A stretch of 64,000 nucleotides of DNA, from IMG/VR virus record IMGVR_UViG_3300014494_000005, positions 186,001 through 250,000 of that record. One strand, 5' to 3'. The translations under genes were made by a program, and so were the position numbers. Shown here one piece after another: positions 21,801 through 30,788 of this stretch. The notes under the pieces are model-generated. The model ran no database searches. It saw nothing but the letters and a program-made list of their open reading frames with translations, and was not told the origin of the DNA. How positions within the stretch are numbered: the first letter of the stretch is position 1; every line of letters begins with the position of its first letter.

Positions 21801-21972
21801 AAAAACTGGAAATAAATATTTAATAATTAATGATAATGTAATTAATGCAACAAATATTAATGACGGTCAATTAATGATATTATATTGTGGTAAAAGAAAA
21901 AATTCTGATTCAATTGAAATTTTTGTAAGGGAAAGATTAGAATTTCTCGAAAAATTTAAAATAATTTCTTAA
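21784..21972 (+). CDS. Small DUF1653-like protein
   Basis: RHKKTGNKY.I...A.......VLY......IFVR...EF..KF pattern. Confidence 0.5.
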   Translation: MEARHKKTGNKYLIINDNVINATNINDGQLMILYCGKRKNSDSIEIFVRERLEFLEKFKIIS

Positions 21973-21973
21973 T

Positions 21974-23458
21974 ATGAATCATAAACCAACACCAGAACAA
22001 GAAAGAATTTTTCTTTTTACAAAAAAAAGACCCGAAAATATACTTATTAAAGCCTTCGCAGGATGTGGAAAAACCTCAACTATTGTTGAAGCAGTTAAAT
22101 TACTACCACAAAATAAAAATATTATGTTTTTAGCATTTAATAAACATATTCAAGAAGAATTAAAAACCAAACTACCTGAATATGTTAGATGTTATACTAC
22201 TTATGGTCTTGGTACTTCAGCAATTAAAAGAAAATATGGTGATAAAATTCAATTTGATGAATTTAAAGCAGATAAGATAATATTAAAAAAATCAAAAAGT
22301 TGGGAATTACATGATGAATTTAAAGATGAAGAAGAAATTGGATTTTATTTAAATAACATAAAAAAACTCGCTAATTTATGTAGATTAACACTTACTACAA
22401 AATCAGAATATATTCCATATATTTCCGAAAGATATGATATTCCAATAAATAAACCAAAAGATATTAAAAGAGTATTAAAAGTCTTGGATGAAATGACAAT
22501 AGATAGAAAAACATTTGATTATACAGATATGATATATTTACCTGCTGTTGATAATAGTATTTGGATGTTTCCTCAAGATTATGTTTTTATTGATGAAATA
22601 CAGGATTTAAATAGATGCCAAATTAAAATTGTTGAAAAAATATTAAAAAAAGATAAAACAAATGGAAAAATTATTGGTAGATTAATTAGTGTCGGAGATT
22701 TTTTCCAAGGGGTCTACGGTTTCAACGCAGCAGATGACAAGTCTTTCGAATGGTTTGAAAAATTTCCAAATACAAAAATACTTCCACTTTCAGTATCATT
22801 TAGATGTTCAAAAAATGTGATAAAAAAAGCACAAGAAATTGTTCCTGATATTAAAGCATTAGATAATGCCCCTGATGGTATAGTAAGAGATGGTAATGTA
22901 ATTACTGAAGCGCAAAGTGGTGATTTTGTATTATGTAGAACTACAATGCCATTAGTAAAACTATTTTTTGAATTTCTTACACTACATAGAAAAGCAATTA
23001 TTAAAGGCTCTGATATTGGTGTACATCTTATTGAATTAATTGGTAAAATTAATAATATTGATAAATTAATTAAATTCTGGGAAAAAGAATTAGCAACATT
23101 TAGACGTGATTTAATGTCAGAAGGAATATTAAATCCTAATGAACATAGTGGATATACTGCTCTTGAAGATAAGGTGATGACATTATTATTTTTAGCCAGA
23201 CTTTCTGATAGTATTATTGATTTAAAATATAAAATAAAAACAATATTTACTGATGAAATACAAGGAATTTGTTTAAGTACTGTACATAAAATCAAAGGTT
23301 TAGAAGCTAATAGAGTTTTTATAATCAGACCTGATTTATTACCGTTACAAAATGTTAAATCTTGGCAATATATTCAAGAAAAAAACCTTGAATATGTGGC
23401 TTATACAAGAGCTAAACTTGAACTAATATTTGATAGAAATTGGACAGATGAAAAATAA
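21974..23458 (+). CDS. UvrD/Rep-like SF1 helicase
   Basis: AFAGCGKT Walker A, FIDEIQD, VGDFFQGVYGF, SFRC, STVHKIKGLE and YVAYTRAK. Confidence 0.93.
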   Translation: MNHKPTPEQERIFLFTKKRPENILIKAFAGCGKTSTIVEAVKLLPQNKNIMFLAFNKHIQEELKTKLPEYVRCYTTYGLGTSAIKRKYGDKIQFDEFKADKIILKKSKSWELHDEFKDEEEIGFYLNNIKKLANLCRLTLTTKSEYIPYISERYDIPINKPKDIKRVLKVLDEMTIDRKTFDYTDMIYLPAVDNSIWMFPQDYVFIDEIQDLNRCQIKIVEKILKKDKTNGKIIGRLISVGDFFQGVYGFNAADDKSFEWFEKFPNTKILPLSVSFRCSKNVIKKAQEIVPDIKALDNAPDGIVRDGNVITEAQSGDFVLCRTTMPLVKLFFEFLTLHRKAIIKGSDIGVHLIELIGKINNIDKLIKFWEKELATFRRDLMSEGILNPNEHSGYTALEDKVMTLLFLARLSDSIIDLKYKIKTIFTDEIQGICLSTVHKIKGLEANRVFIIRPDLLPLQNVKSWQYIQEKNLEYVAYTRAKLELIFDRNWTDEK

Positions 23459-23469
23459 TAAATTATAAT

Positions 23470-23751
23470 ATGGAATGGAAAGTTAAAATCGAAAGAAAAG
23501 AAAATCAAAGGATTGTTGTAAAATTCAATCCAGAAGCAGAACATTTATATTTTTATGGTCAATATAAACCTCATAATCAAGAATGGGTGACATTTAGTGA
23601 AAATAAATGTAAAATATTTGATATTGATGCAAATACAATTCAAGAAACATTATTAAGTACTTATGAAATAATGAAAAAAAGACTTGATAAATATAATGAA
23701 ATTGCAGAAGGATTTACTTTAATTAAAGTAATCGAAATTCAGGAAAAATAA
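23470..23751 (+). CDS. Hypothetical protein
   Basis: 93-aa ORF in the operon. Confidence 0.55.
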   Translation: MEWKVKIERKENQRIVVKFNPEAEHLYFYGQYKPHNQEWVTFSENKCKIFDIDANTIQETLLSTYEIMKKRLDKYNEIAEGFTLIKVIEIQEK

Positions 23752-23755
23752 ATTA

Positions 23756-24121
23756 TTATTTAGTGTTTGCACCCATATTGCTTCCAAGTGAACCGCCAGT
23801 ATTAGCAATAGGTTTTTCGTGATTTTGATTTTCTTTATTCATTGCTTCAATCGTTGCATTTAATGAACCAATCGAAGAATTAATATTACCAAGTTTATCA
23901 TAAAATATTTGATTTTGTGATTTTTGGTCTTCAAACATTTTGCTATAAACCTTTTCAGTATTATCAACTTTTGGTACTATAACAATTTGATAAAACCCAT
24001 AGAAAATTCCTAATATTGTACCTATTGTAGCAAAAAAACTTTTTAAAGTAAACACTATTTGAGTATTTGCATTTATTTGTACTTTAGTATTTATATCTGT
24101 TGTAGTTACTTTCTTTCTCAT
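23756..24121 (-). CDS. Single-TM coiled-coil membrane protein (possible lysis/spanin-like)
   Basis: TM FFATIGTILGIFYGFYQIVIV followed by coiled coil; ATG 24121 preferred to avoid overlap. Confidence 0.45.
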   Translation of the reverse strand: MRKKVTTTDINTKVQINANTQIVFTLKSFFATIGTILGIFYGFYQIVIVPKVDNTEKVYSKMFEDQKSQNQIFYDKLGNINSSIGSLNATIEAMNKENQNHEKPIANTGGSLGSNMGANTK

Positions 24122-24128
24122 TATTTCT

Positions 24129-24611
24129 TTATTTATTTTGAAAATAATTAGAACTTTCCCAAGAAATTTTAATATTAATTGTATCATTGCTTGTTTCATA
24201 CCAGTAAATTATTGTTGGTTTAGTATCAATTATTGCAGTAAATCCATTTGGAAATTGTTCATGTGTAACTTCAATGTCATTAATAAATACTTTTGCATTA
24301 TATATCCATGTCTTTACTAAAATATTATTTCTTTTTGATTCACTAATTAAAACTAATTCATATCTATATTTAGGTAAATTAGCTACTGTTTTTTGTGTAA
24401 TATTATAATTAGCATATGTTAAAACTTTTTGTTTTGTTATATAAGATGAAATAATAATTTTATCTACATATACATTATCTATAGATTTATCCACTGCCAC
24501 ATTACTCCAAGTACCAAGAGTATCATAAACAATTTTTTTATCATAAGATTGTGCTTTTAATGTTAAAATTGGAATAAACATTAAAAATAACAAAAAATAT
24601 AATTTTTTCAT
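24129..24611 (-). CDS. Secreted protein with signal peptide
   Basis: MKKLYFLLFLMFIPILTLKA-Q signal peptide I. Confidence 0.6.
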   Translation of the reverse strand: MKKLYFLLFLMFIPILTLKAQSYDKKIVYDTLGTWSNVAVDKSIDNVYVDKIIISSYITKQKVLTYANYNITQKTVANLPKYRYELVLISESKRNNILVKTWIYNAKVFINDIEVTHEQFPNGFTAIIDTKPTIIYWYETSNDTINIKISWESSNYFQNK

Positions 24612-24650
24612 AGTATTACTATTATTGCTATAAATACTTCAATATAAATA

Positions 24651-24680
24651 AAAAAAGGGATTGAATTCAATCCCTTTTTT
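24651..24680. terminator. Perfect 30-bp palindromic terminator after the MCP gene
   Basis: aaaaaagggattgaattcaatccctttttt. Confidence 0.8.
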
Positions 24681-24701
24681 CTTTATTTATTACTTAATTG
24701 A

Positions 24702-26387
24702 TTACTGTAAGTCACCAATTCCAAATGTCTGTAAACCATCACAGTAAATTCTACCATAATATCTGTTCAATACCATTTTCTTTGCATAACGAGTCATGAT
24801 ACCACGAATCGGTGTAAAGTCAAATGGATTGTACATTACAGGAGTTAACTGCATTGGTACGTATGGAGCATATATGTAACCTGTTTCCAAGATACTTGTT
24901 CCTTTATGACCAATTAATACTGTATTAGCTGGTGAATAAGGGTCACGATATACTAAATATCTTCCACTAAGAGTACCGATTTTTTCAATACCCATGTTAT
25001 ACTTATCCTGTTCAGGAGCAGCATTACTTACATGGAAATATTCAAGGTCATCGAATACTGCACTTACTTCAGGAGATACAACTACCCATGATGCACCACC
25101 ACGCAATGTCGATTTGTGGATTTGAGCAGAAATTTGGTTAATCTTTGTTACCAAAGTTTGATTCCAGTCTTTCTGTACACCATAGTAAGTGTTAGTTCCT
25201 TTACGAAGTCCGTTATAGTCCCAACGAGCAGTCCAAGCAGCACCTCTACGTAAATCACGAAGAATTTCACGGTCAATTTCAGCAGCCATTTGTTCTGACA
25301 ATAAAGCTGTTAATTCAGCTTCAGCGTCAATGTTATGGAATGCACTAACGTCCTGTGCCAATTCAGGTGTCCACATAGCACGCATTTTACGTGTTTCTAC
25401 AGATACTGTTACTTGGTCAAGTACGAAAGTTACTTCAGCCATTCTTGAATCTTCTTCAAGGTCGCTGTAAGTTCTATAAATTGCTTTAAATGTAGTTGTG
25501 CCAGTTGTGCCAGACAATGGTTGATAACCATTTGCGCCCGGATATTGAAGGTCAACAACAAAAACAATTTGTCCTAATTTATTAACAATACCTTGTCCAT
25601 ATTTCTGAACTTTTACGTTGAAAGGAATAGGATTACCAGCTACAATAGTTTCACTTGCATAAGGAGCAGGTGCGGTTAAAGTCTTATTTGATATGATATG
25701 TAAACCAGCAAGGAAAGATTCAGTATCAATCTGAACACCAGCAGGACCGATTAATTTACCATCATTAGTAGTTGAAAAACCGCTAAGTGTTATTGTTGCA
25801 AATTTGTCAGTACCAAGTGTGAATGCTGCAACTGTAGTTGCACCAGTAGCTACACTCATTGTACCTTTTGAACGGTCAAATAATGAAGTACCTTCATCGT
25901 TATATGAAGTTGCATAGAATGCATCATACAATGAACGTGTTTCAAATTGTGTTAAACTTGTGGTTGGTTTTTCAGCAGCGTTGCCATAAGCACCGTCTGG
26001 TGATGTGTGTAAATTACCCGGAGTGGTTGTTGTAGTAGAGCTATCTACTCTAACACTTGTTTTTGGGTTAATATAGTACAATTTACCAATAGGTAAGTTA
26101 AGTGCTTGTACAGACACGATATCATTTGCTAACAATTTAGCAAATACTCTTCGGATTACAGGGAATGCAACAGTTTCGAACTGACCACTTGAAGAAGAAT
26201 CACTTGATTCATTAATCATATGTGACAATTGATTTTCAAACAATTGTGCGCAGTTTTCTTTTACGTTACCTTCCAAACCTTCTAACAAACCGATTTTTTC
26301 CCATCTGTTAGTAGTTATTTCTCTTTGTTCACGGAGTTGTTTTAATCCAATATTACCAACTTCCGCAGATTCCATTAAAAATCCCAT
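24702..26387 (-). CDS. Major capsid protein (T4 gp23-like)
   Basis: RKMRAMWTPELAQDVSAFHNIDAEAELTALLSEQMAAEIDRE; YAPYVP...F.P..GIMTRY. Confidence 0.97.
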   Translation of the reverse strand: MGFLMESAEVGNIGLKQLREQREITTNRWEKIGLLEGLEGNVKENCAQLFENQLSHMINESSDSSSSGQFETVAFPVIRRVFAKLLANDIVSVQALNLPIGKLYYINPKTSVRVDSSTTTTTPGNLHTSPDGAYGNAAEKPTTSLTQFETRSLYDAFYATSYNDEGTSLFDRSKGTMSVATGATTVAAFTLGTDKFATITLSGFSTTNDGKLIGPAGVQIDTESFLAGLHIISNKTLTAPAPYASETIVAGNPIPFNVKVQKYGQGIVNKLGQIVFVVDLQYPGANGYQPLSGTTGTTTFKAIYRTYSDLEEDSRMAEVTFVLDQVTVSVETRKMRAMWTPELAQDVSAFHNIDAEAELTALLSEQMAAEIDREILRDLRRGAAWTARWDYNGLRKGTNTYYGVQKDWNQTLVTKINQISAQIHKSTLRGGASWVVVSPEVSAVFDDLEYFHVSNAAPEQDKYNMGIEKIGTLSGRYLVYRDPYSPANTVLIGHKGTSILETGYIYAPYVPMQLTPVMYNPFDFTPIRGIMTRYAKKMVLNRYYGRIYCDGLQTFGIGDLQ

Positions 26388-26411
26388 TTTATTTATTTAT
26401 TTAATTTTTTT

Positions 26412-28052
26412 TTAATTAATTATTTTTTTGCTTCTTGATTTTTCTACATACTCAATTAAATGTTTCATTCTATTAATGTGTTCATTATTTTCGTATGCCG
26501 TTTTTTCAACTACTTCATCAAGTTTTTGTTTTGAAGACGGTTGTATCGAAGCAGATACTTTGTTTTCAATGTTTTCAGTTAAAGTTTTACGGCTACCTTT
26601 CATTTCAGTAAGGATTGCTTTATACTTTTTCTGTGATTCAGCAATTGTATCAATTTTTTTAAATTCATTGATAATTTTAATTTTATCATCTTGCGTTAAT
26701 GCCAATGTTTCATTTACCAAAAGGTTATTTACATGAGCCAAATTGGTATTGAATGTTGCCATTTCTTTCAATTGATTGCGATATTTTTCCAATGCAGATT
26801 TATATTGTTCCACTAATGTAGTTACTGATTGTTTGTATTTCTTAGTTTCATTTAATTGTTTTGTTAATTTCTTATTTTCATCAATTAAACCACCAAGTTT
26901 TTTATCAGATTCGGTTTGAAGACCACTACGCATTTTGTTTGCTGCAGCAGTATCTCTATATCCTTTACCGGGTATAGTTGCTGTTACTTTTTTCATATTT
27001 GCAAGTGTTTGTGTTTTACTTTCTTCAATTTCACTTTCTGAAACACCACTACCACCTAATACGGCTTCAACGTCTTTGTCAGTAATTGGTTCTTCATCAA
27101 TAAGTTTGTCAGTAGGACCTTGTGCATGCTGTGTATTTATTTGACTGTCCGTGCCATAAGTTTGAGCACCATCAGTTGCACCACCAGCGTGCATTTCTTC
27201 TATGTTTTTTTCGTCAATAAGTTTATCAGTAGGACCTTGTGCGTGTTGTGTATTTATTTGACTGTCAGTGCCATAAGTTTGAGCACCATCAGTTGCACCA
27301 CCAGCATGCATTTCTTCCATATTATTACCCATTGATTTAATCATTTCATCAATTTGACTTCTCATATTAACTAATTGATTAAATGCAATTCCTTTATTGC
27401 CTTTTTCCATATATGAAGGTGATTCTGGTGCGATACCTTTCAGTTCCTCACCAAGTCCTTGCATAGTTGAAATTTCTTGTTCGATTTCATCCATTGTAAT
27501 GACTTCATCTTCATTTCCTGCACCTTCTAAAGCAGAACCTACTCCATCAACATCAAGTTCTGTTATGTTAAATTCTTCAGTTTGAAGTGGTTTTTTTGCT
27601 TTTTCATCGAAAGGTTTGCCGTCACCAGCAGTTTCTTCGACTTTTTGAACACCCTTTGCTTTTTCTTTATAAGGGTCACTTTTGCCTACAGTATCAGTGA
27701 TTTTTACATCTTCTTCAACTTTTGCCACTTTTTTTGCTGGTTCTGTGAATACACCATCTTTTCCAGCAATTTCTTCAACCTTTTTGGTCTCTTTTACTTC
27801 TTTTTTCATATCAGATTCTTTATTTGATTCGGTTTCACCTACAACTATAGGTTCTTTTGTTTCGTCAAGTTTTTTATATGACTCTTTTGTTTTTTTATTT
27901 TTATTTTGTAATTCTTCCTTTAATAAGTTATTAAACTTTTCAGGAAATTCTTCAGCTAATTTTTGTTTAGCATTAGCTTCCGCAGATTCCTTGATTGCAT
28001 TATAATCAGTTAATGCTTCTTTGATTATCGATGATTTCTTATCGTCTTTCAT
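26412..28052 (-). CDS. Prohead core/scaffold protein (gp22-like)
   Basis: Acidic coiled-coil protein between protease and MCP; the phage motif at 28087-28095 favours ATG 28052. Confidence 0.75.
   Translation of the reverse strand: MKDDKKSSIIKEALTDYNAIKESAEANAKQKLAEEFPEKFNNLLKEELQNKNKKTKESYKKLDETKEPIVVGETESNKESDMKKEVKETKKVEEIAGKDGVFTEPAKKVAKVEEDVKITDTVGKSDPYKEKAKGVQKVEETAGDGKPFDEKAKKPLQTEEFNITELDVDGVGSALEGAGNEDEVITMDEIEQEISTMQGLGEELKGIAPESPSYMEKGNKGIAFNQLVNMRSQIDEMIKSMGNNMEEMHAGGATDGAQTYGTDSQINTQHAQGPTDKLIDEKNIEEMHAGGATDGAQTYGTDSQINTQHAQGPTDKLIDEEPITDKDVEAVLGGSGVSESEIEESKTQTLANMKKVTATIPGKGYRDTAAANKMRSGLQTESDKKLGGLIDENKKLTKQLNETKKYKQSVTTLVEQYKSALEKYRNQLKEMATFNTNLAHVNNLLVNETLALTQDDKIKIINEFKKIDTIAESQKKYKAILTEMKGSRKTLTENIENKVSASIQPSSKQKLDEVVEKTAYENNEHINRMKHLIEYVEKSRSKKIIN
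27093..27317 (-). repeat. Tandem duplication of a 36-aa unit in the scaffold (117-nt period)
   Basis: EEMHAGGATDGAQTYGTDSQINTQHAQGPTDKLIDE twice (27210-27317 and 27093-27200); 6 nt differences, all synonymous. Confidence 0.95.
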
Positions 28053-28151
28053 ATTATTAATGTCGTAACTAATACCATAATTTTTATATAAATACATTCT
28101 CTTTACGAAAAAGTGTAATTACATACTAAAATTCTTATTTGTAAGTCTTTT

Positions 28152-30080
28152 TTATAATAAGAAATTATTAATTGCTTTTATTATTTTACCTTCTTCTTCC
28201 TTAATAAGAATACCATTTTTGTTTATATAATTCTCACCAAAACTTTTATCACCACGTTTTTCTGGAAATAAATATGCACCCGGAGTACTTGGAGTTGAAA
28301 CTAAATCGAAACCAATTAATTCAAAATCTCCTTGAACTAAATTTTCACCATTTATTTCTTTAAGTGTTCCAACACCACGACTTGAAATTCCTAATTTAAT
28401 TTTGTTTTGCAAATACAAAACAATTTTATCACCAATTACAGAAACAACACCATATCTAATATATCCGGGACTAACAATTATTTTTAATTGACCATATAAC
28501 ACATTTTCTTGTTCACCAGTACCCCACCACATTTTAGTAATCATATGAGAAATATTTTGAAGTGATATGATACTGGAATTACCTGTCCAATGTGATTTAC
28601 CATTTACTTTAATTAAAAAATTTCCATTTTTTACTCTTACACAAGCAATATTATCATCGAAATTTATTTCACTTATTTTTATACTTCTTTTATCTAAATA
28701 AATATGTTTTGTTTTTGAAATATTTAAATTATATTGTAAATGACTATTTTCTAATTTAATTAATCTTTTTTTATTTGCGTCTTCAGTAATATACTCAACA
28801 GTACCATCAGAAAGAATCATTTCCCTTTTTAATATTTTATGGTCAATAATTTCTCTATCTTTTGGTTGATAAGTAGTAATATTACCACAGCCACCAATCT
28901 TAATTAAAACTTCATGTAAATCTTCAATTAATTGTTTTGATATCGAAAAAACTGATTCTTTACGTATTTTATTGATAGTTTTATTTTTTATTAATCTTCC
29001 ATCACCTAATTCAAACCATCTAAACAATATTTTCAATAAATCGGAAGATGCTTGTTTTAATTCAATAGGAATATATTTATTAAATGAATCACCTAAAACA
29101 TATAAATAATCATATAATCTAGCATCATTTATGTGATATTGACATTTACCATCATTATGTTCATCCTTCCAATATTTAAAAGGTAATTTTTTTAATAAAT
29201 TTTCGATTATTATTTTCTTTTCAATATTCTTTTGTGTTATAACAACATCGTATCCCTTTAATTTATATTGATTTGATTTAGTTCCACCACAATGACCTTC
29301 AGCTAAATATATTCCTATAAATGCAAACCAATCTTCAGATTTAATATTTATTGATTTTGTGTATTTTTCGATTAAGTCATGTTTATAGTTAAAACTTAAA
29401 GTATTTTTATTTACACCGTTTAAAGTAAAATATTCCAAATATTGACCATTCCATTTAGCAGTTTTTAATATTTTATATTTACCTGACGATAAAATATTAT
29501 TTTTATTATCATAAATATCTTTAGCATAATAATATTCTTGTTTACGTTTAGAATCTTCTAATAAAAATCTATGATTTGCAGTAACCGTTAAATCAATATT
29601 AGTTCCCAAAAATTTATACATTTTGCCTTCATATGGCATATATATTTTTTTATCGATTTTTTGAATCTCAATTTGATTAGTATCTATATTAAGTGTTAAA
29701 ATTTCTTCATTGTCTGAAATATCTTTAAACCATTTCCAACCACTCTTTGTAAGTATTTGAGAATTAGATGCTTGCACACAATCGGGATGGTCTGCTTCTG
29801 ATACTGCACTATTTGTATTAACTAATTCCTGATATATTTTAACTTGTGGTATTAAAACATCTTTGGGATAAATTCGACCATTTTTGTTTTTAACACCCCA
29901 TTTTTGTAATATACAATTAACTAAAACTGGTTCATTAGGTTTAAGTTCAAAATTTTCATTAAGAATATCTTTATTAATTTCAGAACTAATATATCCTGCG
30001 TCATGTTCTATAAGAATCCCAAATCCTGTTTGACCTGCTTGTATTATTTTACTTTCGTTTAAAGGAAATATCATACTCAT
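28152..30080 (-). CDS. Prohead protease (gp21-like) with intein
   Basis: LQKWGVKNKNGRIYP, EADHP, GISSRGVG and FDLVSTPSTPGAY motifs. Confidence 0.93.
   Translation of the reverse strand: MSMIFPLNESKIIQAGQTGFGILIEHDAGYISSEINKDILNENFELKPNEPVLVNCILQKWGVKNKNGRIYPKDVLIPQVKIYQELVNTNSAVSEADHPDCVQASNSQILTKSGWKWFKDISDNEEILTLNIDTNQIEIQKIDKKIYMPYEGKMYKFLGTNIDLTVTANHRFLLEDSKRKQEYYYAKDIYDNKNNILSSGKYKILKTAKWNGQYLEYFTLNGVNKNTLSFNYKHDLIEKYTKSINIKSEDWFAFIGIYLAEGHCGGTKSNQYKLKGYDVVITQKNIEKKIIIENLLKKLPFKYWKDEHNDGKCQYHINDARLYDYLYVLGDSFNKYIPIELKQASSDLLKILFRWFELGDGRLIKNKTINKIRKESVFSISKQLIEDLHEVLIKIGGCGNITTYQPKDREIIDHKILKREMILSDGTVEYITEDANKKRLIKLENSHLQYNLNISKTKHIYLDKRSIKISEINFDDNIACVRVKNGNFLIKVNGKSHWTGNSSIISLQNISHMITKMWWGTGEQENVLYGQLKIIVSPGYIRYGVVSVIGDKIVLYLQNKIKLGISSRGVGTLKEINGENLVQGDFELIGFDLVSTPSTPGAYLFPEKRGDKSFGENYINKNGILIKEEEGKIIKAINNFLL
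28578..29780 (-). mobile_element. Intein (401 aa) with LAGLIDADG endonuclease
   Basis: Starts CVQASNSQILT after ADHPD; block B VTANHRF; IGIYLAEGH and FELGDG motifs; ends HWTGN followed by Ser. Confidence 0.92.
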
Positions 30081-30114
30081 TATTAAATGTCTTTTATATA
30101 AATAGTTTCAAATG

Positions 30115-30270
30115 CTATTTTATTTCAACAGCTATTTTAGGTTTTTCTTCTTTAATTATATTTTCTTTATAATCATTTGTATTTTCAATAAATATCTGAG
30201 TTTCTAATTCTGCTAATATATTATTAAGCAATAAATTAATTTCCTTGAGTTTATCTAATTTTTTTTGCAT
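30115..30270 (-). CDS. Small hypothetical protein (51 aa)
   Basis: Read by hand (MQKKLDKLKEIN...); fills the gap between neighbours. Confidence 0.4.
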   Translation of the reverse strand: MQKKLDKLKEINLLLNNILAELETQIFIENTNDYKENIIKEEKPKIAVEIK

Positions 30271-30282
30271 AAAACATAAGGA

Positions 30283-30696
30283 TTATTCTGGGATTGTTAT
30301 TTTTCTTACTTGCAATTGAATTTCATCAAGTTTTTTTAAGATTTTTTCAGATTCTACTCTACCAATTTTTTCACTTAAATCTAATAATATTGAAACGCCA
30401 TTTAATACATGTAATGTTTCTTTTTCAGATTCCATCCATTGACGATTTCTTTCTTCTTCACGCTTAAGCATTTCAATTCTAATTTTTTCTAAAGTATCTG
30501 AATGTTCTTTTCTGATAATATCAACCTTTGCAACATGTTGTTGTTGTATTAATTTTATTTCTGCACTTTTTTTCTTTAATGCTCTCATCATAACCAATGT
30601 TATTGGAAAAAATAATATTCCTGAAACAATAAATAAATAAAAAAATATATTTTGCCATATTTGCACTTGTAATAATATTGATTGAAATAACATCAT
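30283..30696 (-). CDS. Membrane-anchored coiled-coil protein (holin-like?)
   Basis: N-terminal TM segment followed by a long charged helix. Confidence 0.45.
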   Translation of the reverse strand: MMLFQSILLQVQIWQNIFFYLFIVSGILFFPITLVMMRALKKKSAEIKLIQQQHVAKVDIIRKEHSDTLEKIRIEMLKREEERNRQWMESEKETLHVLNGVSILLDLSEKIGRVESEKILKKLDEIQLQVRKITIPE

Positions 30697-30788
30697 TTTC
30701 GTTTTCTAATAAATAGTATAAATAACTCGATTGTCTTTACTAATTTTTATATTTTTTGTTATTCTGTATTTATATAAAAAATTGATAG

